A DNA stretch of 64,000 bases from assembly GCA_049695995.1 (NCBI GenBank), contig JBAVTF010000137.1, forward strand, positions 107 to 64,106, read 5' to 3'. Position 1 is the stretch's first letter. Each line of letters begins with the position of its first letter. Origin of the DNA: Pirellulales bacterium. GTDB taxonomy: Bacteria; Planctomycetota; Planctomycetia; Pirellulales; UBA1268. Shown in pieces: positions 52,569 to 60,186 of this stretch. Both the position numbers and the translations under genes were made by a program. A model generated the notes under the pieces. It saw nothing but the letters and a program-made list of their open reading frames with translations, did no database searches and was not told the origin of the DNA.

Positions 52569-52641
52569 AGCTAGCGGCGGGAGTTGAACCCGCAACCTGC
52601 TGATTACAAATCAGCTGCTCTGCCAATTGAGCTACGCTAGC
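52569..52641 (-). tRNA. tRNA-Thr (anticodon UGU)
   Basis: The reverse complement reads GCTAGCGTAGCTCAATTGGCAGAGCA-GCTGA-TTTGTAA-TCAGC-AGGTT-GCGGGTTCAACTCCCGC-CGCTAGC-T. Confidence 0.9.
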
Positions 52642-52831
52642 GGCTGGTCAGAACCGCGAATCGACCAAGTGTACGGATTCGAAAAGGCCATGCAAGACGG
52701 CCTGTTGCCCCCCGCATGATCGGCGATTTCCGGGCCCAACCCCACCCGGACACCCGCCGCCCACCCCCCGGCCGCACCATCCGCGAAATCGGTAGCTGGA
52801 TGTGGTGGCTGGAAAAACGCTCTGCGTGGCT

Positions 52832-52919
52832 CGCCGGCTCGGGGGCGGTACAAGTTTCGTCGCGGGACCTCGAAGACTCGGTCCAAATGCTCCTCAAGCT
52901 TGCACCGACCCCCTCGCCT
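52832..52919 (-). repeat. about 90-nt element, family 2, copy C
   Basis: CGCCGGCTCGGGGGCGGTACAAGTTTCGTCGCGGGACCTCGAAGACTCGGTCCAAATGCTCCTCAAGCTTGCACCGACCCCCTCGCC. Slightly more diverged than copies A and B. Lies about 80 nt from family-1 copy 4. Confidence 0.75.
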
Positions 52920-53000
52920 ACCCGCTGCGGTGCTCGTGGCTGTGTCACGCCGCGTGGGCCGGTCACGGCGTGACCGGGCTACTTCAGCGCAACAGACGGC

Positions 53001-53145
53001 CGGGAGGGGTTGCCTGTGCCCCGGAGCCGGCGTTTGCTGACCAGCGCAGGCTGGATGCCGAAGCGCAGTCATCATCGAGCGAGCGAAGGACAGGATGTCC
53101 GTAGCGAGCGTCCGGCGACGGGGCATGGGCAACCCCGACCCTACC
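53001..53145 (+). repeat. MITE-like intergenic element, family 1, copy 4
   Basis: CGGGAGGGGTTGCCTGTGCCCCGGAGCCGGCGTTTGCTGACCAGCGCAGG...CGTAGCGAGCGTCCGGCGACGGGGCATGGGCAACCCCGACCCTAC. Confidence 0.8.
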
Positions 53146-53204
53146 AACACCGGTCGAATGCCTTTCGGCCCTCCGAAACAGAGCCTTGAAGCACGTGACG
53201 GGCG

Positions 53205-54386
53205 TTACCGGAACGTCAGTTCGAGCATCGAGAAGTCATCTTGGAAGTCGTCGCGGCCGGAGATCGACCGGACGTGGGAGACGAGGGCGTCCATTGGGTT
53301 GGCCGTGGCCGGCCGAGACGACAGCGCGGCGAGGAAGTCCTTGAACGGCCACATTGAGCCGTCAGTCAGGCCGATCTCGAAGGCGCCGTCGCTATACACG
53401 AAGAGGCGGGAACCAGGAGCCACCTGGGTTTCGCTGGAGTCGAATTCGAGGCCGTCCACGGCGCCGATCAGGGGGCCGTCGGAGTCGAGTAACCGCGGCT
53501 CCGCGCCGTCGGGCCCTAGGAGCAGGGCCGGAGGATGCCCGCCGCCAGCCCACCGGAGCCGTCCGGACGGGGCATGGTGCACGCCGTACCAGATGGTGAA
53601 GAACATGTCGTTCTGCCGCTCCATCGGGAAGGCTTTGTTGAGGGCCGCCAGGACGGCGCCGGGATCGTGGAAATCGGTCTGCGGCAGAGCCTCGCTGCGG
53701 ATCGCGTTGAGCGCCGACACGGAGAGCAGCGCAGCCCCCACGCCGTGGCCGCAGACGTCGAGCAGATAGATCGCGAAATGCTCGACGTCGAGCTGGTGGT
53801 AGCCGAAGGCGTCGCCACCGAGCGCTTCCGACGGAATGAACCGCCAGTCGGCAGACACGGAGCCACTCTGCTGCGGCGGCGGCAGGAGCGATCGCACATA
53901 CTGGGCCGCCGTGGCCAGGTCGTTGGCCAGCGTCTGCTGGCTGGCCTGAAGCGCCGTGAAGGCTTCGTTGCGCTCGAGCAGGGCAACGTAGCCCCGCGAG
54001 TGGTACCGCACCCGGGCGATCAGCTCGAGCCGGTCGGGCAGCTTCACGATGTAGTCGTTGGCCCCCACCGCGAAGGCCTCAGCCTTCACCGCCGGCTCCT
54101 CCTTCGTGGAGAGGACGATGATCGGCACGTCGCGAAACCGCTCGTCGGCCCGGAACTGCCGCACGAGCGAGAGCCCGTCGATCTCCGGCATCACGAGATC
54201 CTGGAGGATCACCGTCGGCTGCACTTCCGCGGCCTTCTGCAGGGCCGCCGGAGCGTCTTTGCAGTAGTGGAAGGCGATTCCCGGCTCATCGACGAGCATC
54301 CGACGAACGGCCTCGCCGATGATGGGCTGGTCATCGACGAGCAGCACAGTGGCGACGCGGGCAGCAGGCGTAGCGGGAATAGCCAT
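53205..54386 (-). CDS. response-regulator receiver domain fused to PP2C/SpoIIE-type Ser/Thr phosphatase (RsbU-like)
   Basis: Start at MAIPATPAARVATVLLVDDQP. Receiver motifs (DD, ILQDLVMPEIDG, STKEE, K in DYIVKLP). The PP2C region is GGDAFGY...YLLDVCGHGVGAAL...LFVYSDGAFE. Confidence 0.85.
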   Translation of the reverse strand: MAIPATPAARVATVLLVDDQPIIGEAVRRMLVDEPGIAFHYCKDAPAALQKAAEVQPTVILQDLVMPEIDGLSLVRQFRADERFRDVPIIVLSTKEEPAVKAEAFAVGANDYIVKLPDRLELIARVRYHSRGYVALLERNEAFTALQASQQTLANDLATAAQYVRSLLPPPQQSGSVSADWRFIPSEALGGDAFGYHQLDVEHFAIYLLDVCGHGVGAALLSVSALNAIRSEALPQTDFHDPGAVLAALNKAFPMERQNDMFFTIWYGVHHAPSGRLRWAGGGHPPALLLGPDGAEPRLLDSDGPLIGAVDGLEFDSSETQVAPGSRLFVYSDGAFEIGLTDGSMWPFKDFLAALSSRPATANPMDALVSHVRSISGRDDFQDDFSMLELTFR

Positions 54387-54444
54387 GTGATCACGTCCGA
54401 GGGCCGATGCCCTGGATGCTACCACGCCTGCCCCCGGACCGGCT

Positions 54445-54912
54445 TCACTGTTGGGCTGACCGCGCCGTTTGCCGCTTGGGGCGGCATGTGGGAGACGACT
54501 CGAGGGAGAAGGCAAGAAGTTCTTCGCCGGTCACCGTTGAGATGTCATGGTGCACGCTCACGAGCTTGACGCCCGTGGCGGCTTCCACGACCTCCTCCAG
54601 CCGCGGCCGGCCGGTGGCCACCATGTGGGCCCGCACCTGCTTGAGCAAGGCGCGGCCGTTGCCGTTTCCCGACTCGTGGCCGTTACCCGCGGCGTGGGCT
54701 GCAGAGGTGGCCGGGTGGCCGTCGGGCTCGCCGCCGGCGCGCGGCGCGATGAGCTGCCGCTCCGCCGGCGTGAGCACGCCCTGCAGCCGCACGACGAGGA
54801 GCGACCCGACCAGGTGCGCATGGATGTCGCGCGGCCCCCGGCCGATGAACTCCTGCTGGAACCGCGACACGCCGTCGCAGACGGCGGCCTCGATCTCGCC
54901 CTGCGACTTCAT
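54445..54912 (-). CDS. DUF2294 (MpsC-like) domain protein, paralog 1
   Basis: MKSQGEIEAAVCDGVSRFQQEFIGRGPRDIHAHL...VSVHHDISTVTGEELLAFSL. The first 13 aa are identical to the ORF at 56173. It carries a low-complexity insert with GNGHESGNGNG. Its start lies 2 nt after the csrA stop. Confidence 0.75.
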   Translation of the reverse strand: MKSQGEIEAAVCDGVSRFQQEFIGRGPRDIHAHLVGSLLVVRLQGVLTPAERQLIAPRAGGEPDGHPATSAAHAAGNGHESGNGNGRALLKQVRAHMVATGRPRLEEVVEAATGVKLVSVHHDISTVTGEELLAFSLESSPTCRPKRQTARSAQQ

Positions 54913-54914
54913 GG

Positions 54915-55178
54915 TCAGGCCTCGCGGCGCTGGCCATCCCCCGTCCGTGCGGTCATTCCGGCGGCCGCCGTGGCTGCCTGACCATCGCCGTTGCCGTTGC
55001 CGTTGCAGATCCTGTCCCAGACCTCGCGGCGGTGGATCGGCATCCTGGTATCGGCCTCGAACCCGAGCCGCACGCGGCCCCCTTCGATCTCCAGCACCGT
55101 GATCTCCAGAGCCACCGACATGTCCTCAGGCCGGCCGATCACCACGCTTTCCCGATTCTTTCGTGTCAGCACCAACAT
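54915..55178 (-). CDS. csrA: carbon storage regulator CsrA homolog
   Basis: MLVLTRKNRESVVIG....ITVLEIEGGRVRLGFEADTRMPIHRREVWDRI matches the CsrA pattern MLxLTRKxxExxxIG..I.VxVL.I.G..VRLGI.AP..V.IHR.EV. It has a roughly 10-aa insert and a C-terminal tail with NGNGNGDG. Confidence 0.8.
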   Translation of the reverse strand: MLVLTRKNRESVVIGRPEDMSVALEITVLEIEGGRVRLGFEADTRMPIHRREVWDRICNGNGNGDGQAATAAAGMTARTGDGQRREA

Positions 55179-55216
55179 GGGTCACCTTCTTCATGGTTGC
55201 GGGTCCCTCCAGGGGG

Positions 55217-55732
55217 TCAGGCGCGGACGGCTCCTCTGCCGCCCGTCACGTACGGTCCGTTGTGCGAAGAGGCCACGGCACCGGCGAACTGATCGCGGGC
55301 CATCTGGCTGTGCGACGCGTGCAGATGAGCGTCGATGGGGACGCCGAGCGTCGGTAGTCCCTGGCCAAACAGGAACAGGTCGACGTCGGGATGGGTCGTG
55401 AACGTTTTGAGCACGCTGCCCGTCTCGACATCGACATGGGCGATCGCGCCGTGGAGCTGCACGCCCGTCGCCTCGCGAATGTGCTCGATGAACGACTCGA
55501 CGGCGTGCTGGAAGAGTTCGTGGTGCACGTTCCGCACGCGGTCAGCACCGGCCGGACTGCGGGCCAGCCTCCGCTCCACGCAGGAAAACGGCTCGTGCAG
55601 ATTCACCACCATCCAGTCGCGGGTCGCCACCACCGACACGCTCGTCGGGGACCGGCCCAGCAGCAGATGCTCGAACGTGCCGGCGGCGTGCGCCACCTGG
55701 CGGGCGAGTCGATCGACGAAGAGTCGCGTCAT
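55217..55732 (-). CDS. divergent DUF2294-like protein, paralog 3
   Basis: Start at MTRLFVDRLARQV. The layout mirrors DUF2294 (..GRSPTSVSVVATRDWMVVNLHEPFSCVERRLA...FIEHIREATGVQLHGAIAHVDVETGSVLKTFT). Similarity is weaker, so the call is tentative. Confidence 0.5.
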   Translation of the reverse strand: MTRLFVDRLARQVAHAAGTFEHLLLGRSPTSVSVVATRDWMVVNLHEPFSCVERRLARSPAGADRVRNVHHELFQHAVESFIEHIREATGVQLHGAIAHVDVETGSVLKTFTTHPDVDLFLFGQGLPTLGVPIDAHLHASHSQMARDQFAGAVASSHNGPYVTGGRGAVRA

Positions 55733-55977
55733 GAAAGCGGAACGCCATCGGGTGAGGGAAGTGTGTTGTGTTGTCCGGCACAAACGAAAAAAGCCGGCGG
55801 GAAAGAACGCCCGAAGGCACTCTCTCACGCCGGCTTACGCTGCGACGGACCTCCCGGCATCTGGCCGGGCTGCCCCTCGACTCGTCTTCCGTCTTGTTGT
55901 GGTGGGCGATCACGAAGACCGCCCTTTTCCTCGACCTCGACGCATGCTTGGGCGTCGTCGTTGTCGGGGAACGCCGG

Positions 55978-55986
55978 GATTATATT
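55978..55986 (+). promoter_or_regulatory. AT-rich GATTATATT box (candidate -10 region), second occurrence
   Basis: Identical 9-mer to 29704-29712, again in a divergent intergenic region (55733-56172). Confidence 0.25.
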
Positions 55987-56006
55987 GGGGGGTCTGGGGA
56001 ACGCAA

Positions 56007-56018
56007 GGAAAATTTTCC
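56007..56018. promoter_or_regulatory. perfect 12-bp AT-rich palindrome GGAAAATTTTCC (candidate operator)
   Basis: Perfect dyad 21 nt downstream of the GATTATATT box, in the divergent gap between two DUF2294 genes. Confidence 0.3.
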
Positions 56019-56172
56019 GGCTCGCGTGGTCGCCTGGTCGCGCATCCCGTTTAGATCGCCCAGACGGACCGCGTCGGAGGACGTGTGATGCCCGTCGGTC
56101 ACTTGCGCCGAAACACCTCCTGCACAAAGCACCCCCCCCTCAGTGGGGTTCGCGTCACCAAGTGAGCAGGCC

Positions 56173-56559
56173 ATGAAATCCCAGGGCGAGATCGAGGCCG
56201 CCGTGTGCGATGCCGTTTCGCGATTTCAGCAGGAATACATGGGCCGTGGCCCGCGAAACGTGCACGCGCACCTGATCGAGAACCGCCTGTTCGTGCACTT
56301 GGAGGGCGTACTGACGGCAGCGGAGCAACGGCTGCTCGACGGCGATGGCGTTGCCAACGGCCGTGGCGCTGAACTGCTCAAACAGTTGCGAAACCAGCTC
56401 GTGCTGGCCGGGCGGCCGATGCTCGAGTCACTCGTCCGCGACGCGGCAGGATCCCCTCCGATCAGCGTGCATCACGACATCAGTCCGGCGACCGGCGAAG
56501 AGGTACTCGTGCTCACCCTCGCAGCCGCCCCTACCTGCCGCGACAAGCGGCGGAAATAA
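56173..56559 (+). CDS. DUF2294 (MpsC-like) domain protein, paralog 2
   Basis: MKSQGEIEAAVCDAVSRFQQEYMGRGPRNVHAHLIENRLFVHLEGVLTAAEQRL...ISVHHDISPATGEEVLVLTL. 128 aa. Start chosen by alignment with the paralog at 54912. Confidence 0.75.
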   Translation: MKSQGEIEAAVCDAVSRFQQEYMGRGPRNVHAHLIENRLFVHLEGVLTAAEQRLLDGDGVANGRGAELLKQLRNQLVLAGRPMLESLVRDAAGSPPISVHHDISPATGEEVLVLTLAAAPTCRDKRRK

Positions 56560-56605
56560 CCGTCTCCCAGTCGGTGGCCGAAGGCGTTCGGCCCATCGGA
56601 TCGCC

Positions 56606-56657
56606 GGCGGAGCGGGGGCCTGAGCCGCCCCCGCCCGCCGGCGGTTTTGCTTGTTTT
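56606..56657 (+). terminator. intrinsic terminator/attenuator after the DUF2294 gene
   Basis: GGCGGAGCGGGGG (56606-56618) pairs with CCCCCGCCCGCC (56628-56639) with one bulged A, followed by GGCGGTTTTGCTTGTTTT. Confidence 0.55.
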
Positions 56658-56770
56658 CCCGCAAGGCAGGCCCTGCCGCGGCACCGGCGGCATTGTGATG
56701 CAAGGGGGAAGGAGAGTAGGGTTTCCCGGAGAGGTGGTGTGACCCCCGCCTGTTCGCCGAGTGCTTTCCG

Positions 56771-57088
56771 ATGGTGGCCCTGCTCACCGCCCTGGCGATT
56801 CTCTTCGCCTCCTTCGCGCACTCCCCGGTGCAGACGCCGGGGACTTCGATCACCAAGGCAACTGACTGCGATTCCGATTCTGGTGTCGCTGAGCATGCGA
56901 GCCGGGATGCGGAAGAGGACGCCCCCGAGGAGTACGACCTGAAGGCCGCCGGCGCATGGGGCTGGGCGGCGACCACGCCCCTGCTGCCCCCGGCGTCGTG
57001 CCGCCTCGGAAGTCTACAGGCCCACACGGCCTGGCCGGCCGCTGGACGCCAGCATGGGCCCGGTGTGGTTCGCGGTCCTCCCGCCTGA
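56771..57088 (+). CDS. candidate small secreted protein in the dabA leader (uncertain)
   Basis: 105-aa ORF with a signal-like N-terminus MVALLTALAILFASFAHSPVQ and an acidic middle. GC3 is high in parts. No homology recognised. It could be a non-coding leader. Confidence 0.3.
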   Translation: MVALLTALAILFASFAHSPVQTPGTSITKATDCDSDSGVAEHASRDAEEDAPEEYDLKAAGAWGWAATTPLLPPASCRLGSLQAHTAWPAAGRQHGPGVVRGPPA

Positions 57089-57213
57089 CGGGCGGATGGT
57101 CGGTCGGCATCGCCCCCCGCGTTGCCTCGCCGGCTGCCACCGCTTCCGCCCGCCGTCCTCCGTCTGTTTCCTCCGCGGCGCTGTCACGCGCTCTCTCCCC
57201 ATTCAGCCTGCGC

Positions 57214-60186
57214 ATGCCTGTCTGCGATTCCACTGCCGAAGACCTCGAGCGAATCATCGCCGCAGCAGCACACTTCCTGCCTGCCCAGGGGCCGATCGGT
57301 GTCTTCGTTCACCACAACACGCTGCATGCCTTCGAGAACCTGCCCTTCGAAGACGCGGTCATCAAGGCCGCGCGGACCTACGGCACGGAACCCTTCCTGA
57401 GCGAAAGCCGGTTTCGCGAGGAACTGGCCCGAGGCCGGATCCTGGCCTCCGATATCGATGCCGTGCTGGCCGAGCATGACGCATCGACCACGACCACACT
57501 GGTGGCAGGCGGTCGCGTGCGGCTCCGCGACCTCCACCGGGCCCTCCTCCTCAATCCCGTCCGCCATGAGAGCGACGTCGCCGTTCGCTGGACGCTCACT
57601 GAAAGCGACGCGATCGCGAGGCTGCGGCCCGACCTGGTTGCCGCCGCTGACGATGATGCCGCTCGGGCAGCAGCGAACGACCTGTGGCATGCCTGCATCG
57701 AGGCAGTCGCTCTCGCCCGGCCCTCCATCCAGTCAGTCCCTCCTCCAGTTCGATTCCGCGACCTGCTGCTCGCCGTCGATCCCGCAGTCGATACCGATGC
57801 CCTGGTGCATCCGCTCCTCATTCGGCTCTGCGCTGCCTTTCTCGATCAGGGCGTGGCAGCCTGGCGAATGCCCGGCCGCAGCAAGGGACTCCTCGCGGCC
57901 GTCACGCGGCTCTATTCGGCGGGCTGGGGACCCTCGGAACCATGGAGCCACCGCCTGCCGCCGGCGTTTCGCGAGGCCGCCGGCCGGCCAGCCCTGGAGT
58001 GCATCACCATCGAGCTCGATCGGCTGGGCATCCCGCCGGAACGACGGCAGGAGTTCATCGTGCAGTCGTTGCTCGCGCTGCGCGGCTGGGCGGGCATGAT
58101 CCATCATCTCGAGGAACGTCCCGATCGGGCACCGGTGGAGCAGTTGCCGGCCCGATTGACCGACTTCGTGGCGGTCCGACTGATCTGCGACCGCGTCGCC
58201 ACCGAATGGGCGGCGAGCCGGCTGCGCGGCACCCGCCGCGACCCGGCCGAACCGCCGGCGCTCACCGCACTATGGTGGGAGCTTCAGGATCACCATCCCT
58301 CGCGGCGCGGGCCCGGCAGCGTGGCCCGCGCGTACCTCCTCCACCAGGCCGGCCAGCTCGTCGGCCTCACGGCCGCCGACATCCGCAGCCTCGACGACAA
58401 CGAGTTGCTGCGGTTCGAGCAGGCCATCACGTCGTTCGACGCCATGACACGGCGCCGGCTCTTTCACCTCGCCTACGAGCGCCGCTATCGCGTCACGCTG
58501 CTCGACGCGCTGTCGGCACATGATCGCATCGCGGCCCCTCCCGCAGGCCCGCGTCCTGCAGTGCAGTGGGTGCTCTGCATCGACGAGCGGTGCGAATCCT
58601 TTCGCCGCAACGTCGAGGAACTCGGCGACCAGCACGAGACGTTCGGCACGGCCGGGTTCTTCGCCGTGCCGATGTACTTTCGCGGACTCGACGACTGGCA
58701 CGCGACACCGCTCTGCCCGATCGTCATGCGACCCCGGCACGCGGTGCTCGAAGTGCCCGAGGGGAGCGCCGCCGATCGCCATGCGATGCATCGCTCGTTC
58801 CGCCGTCGCTACGGCCAGCTCACTGGCAGCCTTGCCGCCACCAGCCATTCCGTGCTGCGCGGCGGCCTGTTCGCACCGCTGATCGGCGGCCTGTCCGCCG
58901 TGCCCCTGGTGGCCCGCGTCGCCTTTCCAAGGCTCTCGGCCCGACTGGGCCGCGTGGCGACGGAGTTCACCCGCCGCCGGATCACGACGCGGCTTGACCT
59001 CGAAAGCGGAGGGCCGACGAGCGGCAGTGACCCGGCCGCGGGTTTCGACGTGGCGGAGATGGCCGAAATCGTTCGCCGCGTCCTCGAGGACATCGGACTC
59101 ACGACGCGGCTCGCGCCGCTCGTCGCTGTTCTGGGGCACGGCTCGTCGAGCCGCAACAATCCGCACGAAAGCGCCTACGAGTGCGGCGCCTGCGGCGGCG
59201 GCCGCGGGGGCCCCAACGCGCGGGCCTTCGCGATGATGGCCAACGATCCGCGGGTGCGGGAACGTCTGGCGGCAGATGGCCTGGCAATTCCTCCCAACAC
59301 GTGGTTCGTCGGGGGCATGCTCGACACCTGCGCGAGTACGATCACCTGGTACGACACAGATCTCGTGCCCCCCGGACAGACTGCGGCCGTCGCAGCCTTG
59401 CGGGCCACGGCGGAACGGGTAGCCGCCGCGGATGCCCGGGAGCGGTGCCGTCGCTTCGACTCAGCGCCGCTCGATATCACCGCTGCAGAGGCCCGTGTTC
59501 ACGTCGAGTCGCGGAGTGTCGATCTGGCCCAGGTGCGGCCGGAACTGGGGCACGCGACCAATGCCGCCTGCATCATTGGTCGCCGCTGGCGAACCAGGGG
59601 TCTCTACCTCGACCGGCGGGCGTTCCTGGTTTCCTATGACCCGTCGACGGATGGCGACGCCTCGATCCTCGCTCGAACACTCGCTGCCGTCGGGCCCGTC
59701 GGCGCCGGAATCAACCTCGAATACTACTTTTCCGTCGTCGATCGCCTCGGCTATGGGGCAGGCACGAAGCTGCCACACAACATCACGGGACTGATCGGTG
59801 TGATGGATGGGCATGCCAGCGACCTCCGAACCGGCCTGCCGTGGCAGATGGTCGAGATCCACGAACCGGTCCGCTTGCTCGTCGTCGTCGATGCCACGCC
59901 GGAGGCCATCCTCGCGGCAGCGGCACACGTCCCCGCCGTGGCCCGGCTCGCTGCGAACCGGTGGATCCAGCTCGTCTCGTGGCATCCCGTGTCAGGTGAA
60001 TTGGCGATCTTTCGTGACGGCAGCTTCGAGCCCTACGCCCCAGAGCGACAGCTGCTGCCCGAGGTACGCCGCTCCCGCGACTGGTATGGCGGACACCGCG
60101 GCCATCTCGAGCCGGCGGTCATCCAGAGCTGCCTCACGTCGAATGTTCAAACGGGGCGTCCCGCGGCAACGGAGAACCTCTCGTGA
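57214..60186 (+). CDS. dabA: DabA (DUF2309) inorganic-carbon transporter subunit, beta-CA-like
   Basis: Start at MPVCDSTAEDLERII. PIGVFVHHNTLHAFE, WVLCIDERCESFRRNVEE and GHGSSSRNNPHESAYECGACGG give the Cys/Asp...His/Cys pattern of the DabA zinc site. About 990 aa. The upstream 86 codons of the track ORF are rejected. Confidence 0.9.
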   Translation: MPVCDSTAEDLERIIAAAAHFLPAQGPIGVFVHHNTLHAFENLPFEDAVIKAARTYGTEPFLSESRFREELARGRILASDIDAVLAEHDASTTTTLVAGGRVRLRDLHRALLLNPVRHESDVAVRWTLTESDAIARLRPDLVAAADDDAARAAANDLWHACIEAVALARPSIQSVPPPVRFRDLLLAVDPAVDTDALVHPLLIRLCAAFLDQGVAAWRMPGRSKGLLAAVTRLYSAGWGPSEPWSHRLPPAFREAAGRPALECITIELDRLGIPPERRQEFIVQSLLALRGWAGMIHHLEERPDRAPVEQLPARLTDFVAVRLICDRVATEWAASRLRGTRRDPAEPPALTALWWELQDHHPSRRGPGSVARAYLLHQAGQLVGLTAADIRSLDDNELLRFEQAITSFDAMTRRRLFHLAYERRYRVTLLDALSAHDRIAAPPAGPRPAVQWVLCIDERCESFRRNVEELGDQHETFGTAGFFAVPMYFRGLDDWHATPLCPIVMRPRHAVLEVPEGSAADRHAMHRSFRRRYGQLTGSLAATSHSVLRGGLFAPLIGGLSAVPLVARVAFPRLSARLGRVATEFTRRRITTRLDLESGGPTSGSDPAAGFDVAEMAEIVRRVLEDIGLTTRLAPLVAVLGHGSSSRNNPHESAYECGACGGGRGGPNARAFAMMANDPRVRERLAADGLAIPPNTWFVGGMLDTCASTITWYDTDLVPPGQTAAVAALRATAERVAAADARERCRRFDSAPLDITAAEARVHVESRSVDLAQVRPELGHATNAACIIGRRWRTRGLYLDRRAFLVSYDPSTDGDASILARTLAAVGPVGAGINLEYYFSVVDRLGYGAGTKLPHNITGLIGVMDGHASDLRTGLPWQMVEIHEPVRLLVVVDATPEAILAAAAHVPAVARLAANRWIQLVSWHPVSGELAIFRDGSFEPYAPERQLLPEVRRSRDWYGGHRGHLEPAVIQSCLTSNVQTGRPAATENLS

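Noticed and set aside
56956-57213. 86-codon N-terminal extension of the dabA ORF
   Set aside because: Arg/Pro/Ser-rich, with no similarity to the DUF2309 N-terminus. The conserved region starts right after Met at 57214.
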